Shown here piece by piece: positions 22,932 to 34,780 of a DNA stretch of 55,937 nucleotides. Position numbers and translations under genes: made by a program. This DNA comes from Prorocentrum cordatum. Taxonomy: Eukaryota. The stretch lies in assembly GCA_963575745.1 (NCBI GenBank), contig CAUYUJ010000124.1, forward strand, positions 62,001 through 117,937, written 5' to 3'. The notes under the pieces are model-generated. The model ran no database searches and had not been told where the DNA came from. It saw only the letters and a list, made by a program, of their open reading frames with translations. Each line of letters starts with the position of its first letter. Position 1 is the first letter of the stretch.

Positions 22932-25900
22932 AGTTGGTTTTCCGAAGTATGTCGATAGTAAAAGAGCGCCTAAAGATCTCACATTGAGACGCAGACGCCC
23001 TCATAGTCGTTTACAGGTGCGAAAAAACTGCTTCCTTAAATGAATAGTAAAACATCTTTAAAACTGGGCACCGGCGGAAAACCGTCAACCTTTCTTACCG
23101 CCGGGGGACTCGTAGAGCTTCCTGACTACATATAATGTCGAAAAAAAATTACACTGAGGAAATAGTTTTTCAGCCCAAGCAATTTCAGACCTCTTCGAAC
23201 GCCCCCGATGCTTCTCGATTGTCTTCTGTACGAGCTCTGTAGCTCTCCTACAGCGTAAATCGACAGCACCACTCGAACAAAAAACAAATAGTGTCGCAAA
23301 CCTAGCTCGAGTATCAGACCGAGTTCAGAAACCTGCATGCGACAGGCGGACGCGTCTGATGTCTCTGAATCGATTCCTGTGATTACCAGCCCTGCAGCCC
23401 CGCTACAGCCCGAGTTAAGTTTGTGCAGGAAACCGACAGCACCTCAGGATGACTCGAACAATACGAATAGTTTCGCGGCCCTAGTTCGGGCAGCAGACAG
23501 AGTTCAGAGCTCTGGACTCGAAAGGCGGACGCACCTGATGTCTCCGAATCGATTCCATTGATTACCAGCCATGCAACCCCCCCACAGCCCGAGTTCAGTA
23601 CAGAGAACCGACAGCATCTCTCAAGATGACTCAAACAATACGGATAGTTTCGCGAGTCTAGATCGGGCAGCAGACCGAGTTCAGAGCTCTGGATTCAACA
23701 GACAACGGCCACTGATGATTCTGAATCAGATTCTGTACGTATCAGCTCTGTAGCTGTCCTGTAGCTCGAGTTAAGATGACTTGAGTGCCTGTCAAGATGA
23801 CTCGAACAATACGAATAGGTTTGCGGACCTAGCTCGGCTAGCAGACCAAGTTCAGACCTCTGAGTTCAACAGGCCAACGCGGCTGATCATTCTGAATCGG
23901 TTACCTGTGTTTACCAGCTCTGTAGATGTCCTAAAGCTCGAGTTATCTTGACAAAACCGGCATCGCGTGACAAGATGATCCGAAATGGCTAATCCCGCCT
24001 GGAAGCTTGTTGGCAGTAAAAGGTACCCGATCGAGCTAAGATCGAGATGGCGAGCGGGAATAAGATCGAATGTCACGGGAAAAAATAAATACTAGAGGTC
24101 TAACAAATGGTTGAATTTCGAGAACGCGCCTGAAGTCTTCAAATCGATGCCTGTGACCACCAGCACTGTAGCCCCCTGAGCGCGAGTTGAGTGAAGAAAA
24201 CCGAGAGCACTTCTCAAGATGACTCGACCAATACAAATAGTTTCCAAAACCCGAAGAGCGAAGACACCTTCGGGGACTGGGCGCCGGCGGTAAACCGTCA
24301 ACCTTGGTTACCGCCGACTCGTAGAGATTCCTAGCTCGACTTAAGTTGAGAAAACCGACAGCACCTACCAACATTCCGACTCATAGTGAATATTTTTTGA
24401 CCTCTGAATGCGACAGGCGGACGCGTCTGATGTCTGCGAATCGACTCCTGTCATTACCAGCCCTACAGCCCCCCTACAGCACGAGTTAAGTGCAGAAAAC
24501 CGACAGCACCTCTCAGGATGACTCGAACAATACAATAGTTTCGCGGACCTGTTCGGGCAGCAGACCGAGTTCCGAGCTCTGGATTCGACAGGCGGACGCG
24601 CCTGATCTCTTCAAATCGATTCCTGTGACAACAAGCACTGCAGCCCCCCTCAGCGCGAGTTGAGTGAAGAAAACGGAGAGCACTTCTCAAGATGACTCGA
24701 ACAATACGAATAATTTCGCGATTCTAGATCGGGCACCAGACCGAGTTCAGAGCTTTGGATTCGACAGACAAACGCAACTGATGATTCTGAATCGCTTTAT
24801 GTAGATATCAGCTCTGTAGCTGTCCTACAGCTCGAGTTATGTACAGAAAACCGAGAGCTCCTGTCAAGATAACTCGAATAATAGGAAAAGCTTTGCGGAC
24901 CTAGCTCGGCTAACAGACCGAGTTCAGACCTCTCGCTTCAACAGGCGAACGCGCCTAATCATTCTACATCGATTAGCTGTGCTTACCAGCTCTGTAGCTG
25001 TCCTAAAGCTCGAGTTATCTTAAAACAACCCTCAGCGCGTATCAAGATGACTCAAAACAGCCGATCCCGCCACAGTGCTTTTCGATAGTAATATTCACCC
25101 GATCGAGCTGAGATCAAGATGGCAAGCGGGAATAAGATCGAATATCACGGGAAAAATACTAGAGCTCTAACGAATGGTCAAATTTCGAGAACAGAATTTT
25201 CAACCGACCAAAAGTCACCAAACTGGGCGCCGGCGGTAAAACGTCAACCTTTGTTACCGCCGGGGACTCGTAGAGCTTCATGACACCATATAATGTCGGA
25301 AAAAACTACACCGAAAAAATGGTTTTTCAGCCCGAGCAATTTCAGACCTCTCGGATGCAACAGCGGAACGCCCCCGATGCTTCGAGATTGTCTTCTATAC
25401 GAGCTCTGTAGCTCTCCTACAGCCCGAGTTACGTGCGTAAATCGACAGTACCTCTCAAGATGACTCGAGCAATACGAATACTTTGGCAAACCTAGCTCGA
25501 GAATCAGACCGAGTTCAGACCGCTGCATGCGACAGGCGGACGCGTCTGATGTCTCTGAATGGATTCCTGTGATTACAGGCCCTGCAACCTCCTCTACAGC
25601 CCGGCTTCAGTGCAGGAAACCTGGAGCACCTCTTAGGATCACTCGAACAATACGAATAGTTTTGCGGACTTAGTTCGGGCAGCAGACGGAGTTCCGAGCT
25701 CTCGATTCGGACGCGTCTGATTTCTTCAAATTCATTCCTGTGACTGCCAGCACTGTAGCTACCCTACACAGCCCGAGTTGAGTACAGAGAACCGGCAGTC
25801 TCTCTGAAAATAACTCATAACTCGAACAATACGAATCATTTCGCGATTCTAGATCGAACAGCAGACCAGCGGACCGACAGACAAACGCAACTAATGATTC

Positions 25901-26100
25901 AGAATCGGTTTCTGTAAATATCAGCTCTGTAGCTGTCCTACAGCTCGGGTTGAGCACTGAAAACCGAGAGTTTCTGTCAAGATAACTCGAATAATACAAA
26001 TAGGTTTGCAGCCCTAGTTCGGCTAACAGACCGCGTTCAGACCTCTAGATTTAACAGGCACACGCGCCTAATCATTCTACATCTCCAATAAATATTCGAA

Positions 26101-27385
26101 CTGGGCGTCGGCGGTAAACCGTCAACCTTTCTTACCGCCGGGGGACTCGTAGCGCTTCCTGACAGTATATAATGTGGACAAAAAACTCCAGAGAACGACT
26201 AGTTTTTCAGCCCAAGCGATTTCGGACCTCTCAAGATGACTCTAACAAAAAACAAACAGTTTCGCAACATCAAACCGAGTTCAGACCTCTAAATGCGACA
26301 GGCGGACGCGTCTGATGTCTCCGAATCGACTAATGTGATTACCAGCCCTGCAGCCCCCCTAAAGCCCGAGTTAAATGCAGAAACTCGACAGCATCTCTCA
26401 GGATGACTCGAATAATACAATAGTTTCGCGGATCTAGTTCGAGAAGTAGGCCGAGTTCCGAGTTCTGGGTTCGACGAACGGACGCGCCTGATGTGTCCGA
26501 ATCGATTTCTGTGACCCGCAGCACTCTAGCCATCTCCCAGCACGAGTTGAGTGCAGAAAAAAGAGAGCACTTCTCAAGATGAGTCGGAGAATACGAATAG
26601 TTTGGCGCACCTAGCTCGGGCAGCAGGCCGAGTTCAGATCTCTCGATTCAACAGACGAACGCGCCTGATGACTCCCGATCGATTTCTGTGACTATAAGCT
26701 CTGTAGCTGCCCTACAGCTCGAGTTAAGTACCGGAAACCGAGAGCGTCTGTCAAGATGACTCGAATAATACAAATAGGTTTGCGAACCTAGCTCGGCTAG
26801 CAGACCGAGTTCGGACCTCTGGATTGAAAAGACGAACGCGCCTGATGATTCTGAATGCGATAGGTGTGCTGACCAGCTCTGAAGCTGCCCTACAGCTCCG
26901 GTTAAGAACCGAAAACCGAGAGCGTCTGTCAAGATGACTCGAACAATACAAATAGGTTTGCGGACCTAGCTCGGCTAGCAGACCGAGTTCAGCCCTCTGG
27001 ATTCAACAGGCGAACGCGCCTGATGATTCTGAATGCGATAGGTGTGCTGACTAGCTCTGTAGCTCCTCTACAGCTCGAGTTAAGTACAAAATACTGACAA
27101 CGTGTATCAAGATGCATCGAAACGGTCGTTCCCGCCGGGACGCTTTTTGGCAGTAAAAGGTACCCGATCGAGCTGAGATTAAGATGGCGAGCAGGAATAA
27201 GATCGAATATCACGGGAAAAAATACTAGAGCTCAAACGAATTGTTGAATTTCGAGAACAAAATTTTCAGCCGACCAAAAGTCATCAAAAGGTCCGTCGAG
27301 ATTTTTCTTGCCAACTAGCTCTCCAGCGCCCCGGAATTACTCTGAGCTTCCAGCAATAACTTGCTAAGGGAAGCTCTACGAGTTA
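26101..27385 (-). mobile_element. Complete HINE family A copy
   Basis: Runs ctgggcgtcggcgg...actcgtagcgcttcc to gggaagctctacgagtta. Confidence 0.82.
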
Positions 27386-30293
27386 TTTTGAGAACAAATT
27401 TTTCACTCGACCAAAAGTCAGCAAAAGTTCGGTCGAGATGTTTCTTGCCAACTAGCTCTCTAGCGCGCCCGAATGACTCTTAAGCTTCCAGCAACTAGCT
27501 TAGGGAAGCTCTACGAGTCACTAGCTCTCCAGCGCGCCGAGAGCGAAGAGAATCTCTGGGACGGGAAGCTTTCCTGGAGAGCTGTGGGGAGCACGCTGCG
27601 GAAGCGCTGCCAGAAACTGGGCGCCGGCGGTAAACCGTCAACCTTTCTTACCGCCGGGGGACTCGTAGAGCTTCCTGACAGTATATAGTCTGGGAAAAAA
27701 TCCAGAGACCGACTAGTTTCAGCCCAAGCGATTTCAGACCTCTCAAGATGACTCTAACAAAAAAACAAACAGTTTCGCAACCCAGTTCGAGTATCAGACC
27801 GAGTTCAGACCTCTCAATGCGACAGGCGGACGCGTCTGATGTCTGCGAATCGACTCATCTGATTACCAGCCCTGCAGCCCCCCTACAGCCCGAGTTAAGT
27901 GCAGAAAACCAACAGCATCTCTCAGGATGACTCGAATAATACAATAGTTTCGCGGACCTGTTTCGAGCAGCAGACCAAGTTCTGAGCTCTCGAATCGACC
28001 AACGAGCGCCTGATGTGTGCAAATCGATTTCTATGACCCGCAGCACTGTAGCCCTCCCCCAGCACGAGTTGAGTGCACAAAATTCAGAGCACTTTTCACG
28101 ATGATTCGGACAATACGAATAGCTTCGCGAAGCTAGCTCGGGCAGCAGGCCGAGTTCAGAGCTCTCGATACAACAGACAAACGCGCCCGATAATTTCCAA
28201 TCGATGTTTGTGACTATAGGCTCTGTAGCGGCCCTACAGCTCGAGTTAAGTACGGAAAACCGAGAGCGCTTGTGAAGATGACTCGAATAATACGAATAGG
28301 TTTGCGGACCTAGCTCGGCTAGCAGACCGAGTTCAGACCTCTGGATTCAAGAGGCGAACGCGCCTGATGATTCTCAATGCGATGGATGTGCTTACCAGCT
28401 CTGTAGCTGCCCTGCAGCTCGAATTAGGTACAAAATACCTACCATGCGTATCAAGTTGACTCGAATAATACGAATAGGTTTGCGAACCTAGCTCGGCTAG
28501 CAGACCGAGTTCAGACCTATGGATTCAACAGGCGAACGCGCCTGATGATTCTCAGTGCGATAGGTGTGCTTACCAGCACTGTAGCTGCCCTACAGCTCGA
28601 GTTAAGTAGAAAATACCGACAACGCGTATCAAGTTGACTCGCATAATACGAACAGGTTTGCGGACCTAGCTTGGCTAGCAGACCGAGTTCAGACCTATGG
28701 ATTCAACAGGCGAACGCGCCTGATGATTCTGAGTGCGATAGCTGTGCTTACCAGCTCTGTGGCTGCCCTACAGCTCGAGTTAAGACCAAAATACCGACAA
28801 CGCGTGACAAGATGACTCGAAACGACCGTTCCCGCCGGGACGCTTTTTGGCAGTAAAAGGTACCCGATCGAGCTGAGATCAAGACGGCGAGCGGGAATAA
28901 GATCGAATATCACGGGAAAAAATACTAGAGCTCTAACGAATGGTCAAATTTTGAGAACAAAATTTTCAACCGACCAAAAGTCACCAAAAGGTCCGTCGAG
29001 ATTTTTCTTGCCAACTAGCTCTCCAGCGCGCCGGAATTACTCTCAAGCTTCCAGCACTGGGCGCCGGCGGTAAACCGTCAACCTTTCTTACCGCCGGGGG
29101 ACTCGTAGAGCTTCCTGACAGTATATACTGTGGAAAAAAACTCCAAAGAACGACTAGTTTTTCAGCCCTAGCGATTTCAGACCTCTCAAGATGACTCTAC
29201 CCAAAAAACAAACAGTTTCGCAACCCAGTTCGAGTATCGAACCGAGTTCAGACCTCTGAATGCGACAGGCGGGCGCGTCTGATGTCTGTAAATCCACTCA
29301 TGTGATTCCCAGCCCTGCAGCTCCCCTACAGCCCGAGTTAAGTGCAGAAAACCGACAGTATCGACTCGAATAATAGAATAGTTTCGCGGACCTAGTTCGA
29401 GCAGCAGACCGAGTTCCGAGCTCTGGAATCGACCAACAGACGCGTCTGATGTGTGCAAATCGATATCTGTGACCCGCAGCACTGTAGCCCTCCCCTAGCA
29501 CGAGTTGAGTGCAGAAAATTGAGAGCCCTTCTCAAGATGATTCGAACAATACGAATAGTTTCGCGAGCCTAGCTCGGGCAGCAGGCCGAGTTCAGAGCTC
29601 TCGGTTCAAGAGACGAACGCGACTGATGATTCCCCATCGATGTCTGTGACAATGAGCCCTGTAGCTGCCCTACAGCTCGAGTTAAGTACAGAAAACCGAG
29701 AGCGTCTGTCAAGACGACTCGAATAATACGAATAGGTTTGCGGACCTAGCTCGGCTAGCAGACCGAGTTCAGACCTCTGGATTCAACAGGCGAACGCGCC
29801 TGATAATTGTGAATGCGATAGGTGTGCTTACCAGCTCTGTAGCTGCCCTACAGCTCGAGTTAAGTACAGAAAACCGAGAGCGTCTGTCAAGACGACTGGA
29901 ATAATACGAATAGGTTGACGGACCTAGCTCGGCTAGCACACCGAGTTCAGACCTCTGGATTCAACGGGCGTACGCGCCTAATAATTCTGAATGCGATAGG
30001 CGTGCTTACCAGCTCTGTAGCTGCCGCACAGCTCGAGTTAAGAACAAAATACCGACACCGCGTATCAAGATGACTCGAAACGGCTGTTCCCGCCGGGACG
30101 CTTTTTGGCAGTAAAATGTACCGATCGAGCTGAGATCAAGATGGCGAGCGTGAATAAGATCCAATATCACGGGAAAAAATACTAGAGCTCTAACGAATGG
30201 TCAAATTTCGAAAACAAAATTTTTAACCGACCAAAAGTCACCAAAAGGTCCGTCGAGATTTTTCTTGCCAACTAGCTCTCCAGCGCTCCGGAA

Positions 30294-30693
30294 CTGGCGC
30301 CGGCGGTGAACCGTCAACCTGGTCACCGCCGGGAACCTCGTAGAGCTCCTTTCACCCGTGAGAGTGCTCAGAGTCGAAAGAAGAGAGCTTCTCTAAGCAT
30401 TTCTCGAAAAAGGGAAAAAATGATTTTTTTCGTGTCGACATGAAGATGGTTCCGCCAAGTGTTTTGATAGTAAAAGTGCGCCTACAGAGCTCATATTAAG
30501 ACAGAGAGGCCCTTATATTCGTTTACAGGTGCGGGAAAACTGCTTTCTTAAAATGAATTGTCAAATATCTTTCAAAAAATTGCAAAACCACCCCAAAGTT
30601 ATCACTTTGTCCTTTCTGGCCGGGTGGGCCAACTAGCTCCACCCCGCGCCGGAATTCCTCTAGCTCATCGATGACGAAGAGCTCTACGAGGTA
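30294..30693 (-). mobile_element. Complete HINE family B copy
   Basis: Perfect subTIR pair acctcgtagagctc / gagctctacgaggt (30679-30692); abuts the next element's 3' end. Confidence 0.85.
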
Positions 30694-31726
30694 CTGGGCG
30701 CCGGCGGTAAACCGTCAACCTTTCTTACCGCCGGGGGACTCGTAGAGCTTCCTGACAATATATAATGTGGAAAAGAATTTCAGAGAACGACTAGTTTTTC
30801 AGCCCAAGCGATTATAGACTCTCAAGATGACTCTAACAAAACAAACGAACAGTTTCCAATCGAGCTCGAGTATGAAACCGAGTTCAGACCTCTGAATGCG
30901 ACAGGCGGACGCGTCTGATGTCTGCGGATCGATTCCTGTGATTACCAGCTCTGCAGCCCCCCATACAGCCTGAGTTAAGTGCAGAAAACCGAGAGTACCT
31001 CTCAGGATGACTCGAATAATACAACAGTTTCGCGAATCTCGTTCGAGCAGCAGACCGAGTTCCGAGCTCTCGGTTCGACGAACGGACGCGCCTGATGTCT
31101 CGAAATCGATTCCTGTGACCAGCAGCTCTGTAGCCCTCCCCCAGCACGATTTAAGTACAGAAACCGAGAGCACTTCTCAAGATGACTCGAACAATACCAA
31201 TAGGTTCGCGAACCTAGCTCGGGGAGCAGGCCGAGTTCAGAGCTCTTGATTCAACAGACGAACGCGCCTGATAATTCTCAATCGATTTCTGTGATTATCA
31301 GCTCTGTGGCTGCCCTACAGATCGAGTTAAGTACGAAAAACCGAGAGCGTCTGCTACAATGACTCGAATAATACGAATAGGTTTGCGACCCTAGCTCGGC
31401 TAGCAGACCGAGTTCAGACCTCTGGATTCAACAGGCGAACGCGCCTGATCATTCTGAATGCATTAGCTGTGCTGACCAGCTCTGTAGTTGTCCTGAAGCT
31501 CGAGTTATCTTGAGAAAACCGACAGCGCGTATCAAGATGACTCGAAACGGCAGTTCCCGCCTGCCTGCTTTTTGACCTCCAAAGTTACCCGATTGAGCTC
31601 AGATCAAGATGGCGAGCGGGAAAAAGATCGAATATAATGGGAAAAAATACTAGAGCACAAACGAATTGTTGAATTTCGAGAACAAAATTTTCAACCGACC
31701 AAAAGTCAGCAAAAGGTCCGTCGAGA

Positions 31727-32771
31727 CTGGGCGCCGGCGGTAAACCGTCAACCTTGGTTACCGCCGGGGGACTCGTAGAGCTTCCTATCTCGACTTAAGT
31801 TGAGAAAACAGACAGCACTTACCAACAATCTGACTTATAGTGAATAGTTTTTGACCTCTAAATGCGACAGACGGACGCGTCTGATGTCTGCGAATCGACT
31901 CCTGTCATTACCAGCCCTGCAGCCCCCCTACAGCCCGAGTTAAGTGCAGAAACCCGACAGCACCTCTCAGGATGACTCGAACAATAGGAATAGTTTCGCG
32001 GACCTAGTTCGGGCAGCAGACAGAGTTCAGAGCTCTGTATTCGACATGCGGACGCGCCTGATGTCTTCAAATCGATCCCAGTGATTACCAGCCATGCAGC
32101 CCCCCCTACAGCCCGAGTTAAGTCCAGATAACCGACATTATCTCGCAAGCGACTCGAACGATACGAATAGTTTCGCGATTCTAGATCGGGCAGCAGGCCG
32201 AGTTCAGAGCTCTGGAGTCGACAGACAAACGCAACTGATGATTCTGAATTGGTGCCTCTGAATATCAGCTCTGTAGCTGTCCTACAGCTCGAGTTCAGTG
32301 CAGAAAACCGAGCGATTCTGTCAAAATGACTCCAATAATACGAACAGGTTTGTGGCCCTAGCTCGGCTAGCAGACCGAGTTCAGACCTCTGAATTCAACA
32401 GGCGAACGCGCCTGATCATTCTGCATGCATTAGCTGTGCTTACCAGCTGTGTAGCTGCCCTGGAGCTCGAGTTATGTTCAGAAAACCGTCAGCGCGTATC
32501 AAGATGACTCAAAACGGCCGATCCCGCCACAGTGCTTTTCGATAGTGATATTCACCCGATCGAGCTGAGATCAAGATGGCGAGCGGGAATAAGATCGAAT
32601 ATCACGGGAAAAAGACCTCTAACGAATTGTCAAATTTTGAGAACAAAATTTTCAACCGAGCAAAAGTTGTGAAAAGTTCAGTCGAGATTTTTCGAGCCAA
32701 CTAGCTGTGGGGCGCGCCGGAATTACTCTTAGCTTCCAGCAATAACTTGCTAAGGGAAGCTCTACGAGTTA
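31727..32771 (-). mobile_element. Complete HINE family A copy inserted cleanly into another HINE
   Basis: Flanks tcgaga | tttttcttgcc rejoin the family consensus gtcgagatttttcttgcc. No TSD; A^T target on the element strand. Confidence 0.88.
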
Positions 32772-33190
32772 TTTTTCTTGCCAACTAGCTCTCCAGCTCC
32801 CCGGAATTACTCTTAAGCTTCCAGAAACTGGACGCCGGCGGTAAACCGTCAACCTTGGTTACCGCCGGGAGACTCGTAGAGCTTCCAGCTCGACTAAAGT
32901 TGAGAACACCGAGCAGCTACCAGCATTCCGACTCATAGTGACTATTTTGTGACCTCTCAATGCGACTGGCGGACGCGTCTCATGTCTGCGAGTCGACTCC
33001 TGTCATTACCAGCCCTGCAGCCCCCCTACAGCCCGAGTTAAGTGCGGAAAACCGACAGCACCTCTCAGGATGACTCGAACAATACAGTAGTTTCGCAGAC
33101 CTAATTCAGGCAGCAAACCGAGTTCCGAGCTCTGGATTCGACAGGCGGACGCGTCTGATGTCTTTGAATCGACTCCTGTGACCACCAGCA

Positions 33191-34227
33191 CTGGGCGCCG
33201 GCGGTAAACCGTCAACCTTGGTCACCGCCGGGAGACTCGTAGAGCTTCCTAACTCGACTTCAGTTGAGAAAACAGACAGCACTTACCAGCAGTGAATAGT
33301 TTTGACCTCTGAATGCGAGAGACGGACGCGTCTGATGTCTGCGAATCGACTCCTGTCAGTACCAGCTCTGCAGCCCCCCTACAGCCCGAGTTAAGTGCAG
33401 AAAACCGACAGCACCTCAGGATGACTCGAACAATAGGAATAGGTTTGCAGACCTAGTTCGGGCAGCAGACAGAGTTCAGAGCTCTCTATTCGACAGGCGG
33501 ACGCGCCTGACGTCTCCAAGTCGATTCCAGTGATTACCAGCCATGCAGCCTCCCTACAGCCCGAGTTTAAGTCCAGGTAACCGAAAGCATATTGCAAGCG
33601 ACTCGAACTATACGAATAGTTTTGCGATTCTAGATCGGGCAGCAGACCGAGTTCAGGGCTCTGGATTCGACAGACAAACGCAACTGATGATTCTGAATTG
33701 GTGCCTGTGGATATCAACTCTACACCTGTCCTATAGCTCGAGTTAAGTGCAGAAAACCGAGAGTTTCTGTCAAGATGACTCGAATAATACGAACAGGTTT
33801 GCGGACCTAGCTCGGCTAGCAGACCGACTCCAGACCTCTGGATTGAACAGGCGAACGCGCCTGATCATTCTGCATGCATTAGCTGTGCTTACAAGCTCTG
33901 TAGCTGCCCTAGAGCTCGAGTTATGTTCAGGAAACCGTGAGCGCATATAAAGATGACTAAAAACGGCCGTTCCCGCCACCGTGCTTTTCGATAGTAAAAT
34001 TCACACGATCGAGCTGAGATCAAGATGGCGAGCAGGAATAAGATCGAATATCACGGGAAAAAATACTAGAGCTCTAACGAATGGTCAAATTTCGAGAACG
34101 AAATTTTCAACCGACCAAAAGTCACCAAAAGTTCCGTCGAGATTTTTCTTGCCAACTAGCTCTCCAGCGCTCCGGAATTACTCTTAAGCTTCCAGCAATA
34201 GCTTGCTAAGGGAAGCTCTACGAGTTA
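33191..34227 (-). mobile_element. Complete HINE family A copy inserted cleanly into a satellite unit
   Basis: Flanks accaccagca | ctgtagc rejoin the unit seen near 24155. No TSD. Confidence 0.88.
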
Positions 34228-34348
34228 CTGTAGCTCCCCTCAGCGCGAGTTGAATGAAGGAAACTGAGAACACTTCTCAAGATGGTTCGACCAATACGAA
34301 TAGTTTCGCGATTCCCAGCTCCCCGGAATTACTCTTAAGCTTCCAGGA

Positions 34349-34751
34349 ACTTGTAAGCGTCCAAAACCCGGATAGCGAAGCGAAGCGCGAAACGCCGCAC
34401 GGGGATCTCTGCCGTGCCGCTTGTAACGATGCGCGGGACGCTGGAAACCTCGCAGGAGACGCTTGCAGGGGCGCCGTTTACGATGCGTGGGGCCCTGCAA
34501 AGCGCGCAAGGAAGATCTGCCTAGGAGCCTGGAAGAACTGCCGAAGCTCTTCCGAAGCTCTGCCGAATCGCTTCGCGCACCCTGGAGCCACGCGTATTGG
34601 GAAACGCTAGGAAGCCACGCTCCCGGACCCGCTGCCGGTTCCGACAACCTGCTGCGAGAATCGTGGACCGGCGGAGGTGGGCGTGTCTCCGTCACCACCC
34701 ACCTCCGGCTTCTTATCTGAAACCCTCAGCTCTCCAAGGAGCTATCCGGGA
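34349..34751 (-). mobile_element. Family C non-autonomous element with different asymmetric TIR
   Basis: IR cccggatagc (34367-76)/gctatccggg (34741-50). It interrupts the family A sequence agcttccag|aataacttgc. Related end fragments lie near 21520-21570 and 24243-24275. Confidence 0.6.
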
Positions 34752-34780
34752 ATAACTTGCTGAGGGAAGCTCTACGAGTT

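Noticed and set aside
29740..29800. tRNA or Pol III-like look of the satellite (gcggacctagctcggctagcaga...gagttcagacc) and of the family C end
   Set aside because: No cloverleaf, T-arm or correct A/B-box spacing; the resemblance is limited to short words.
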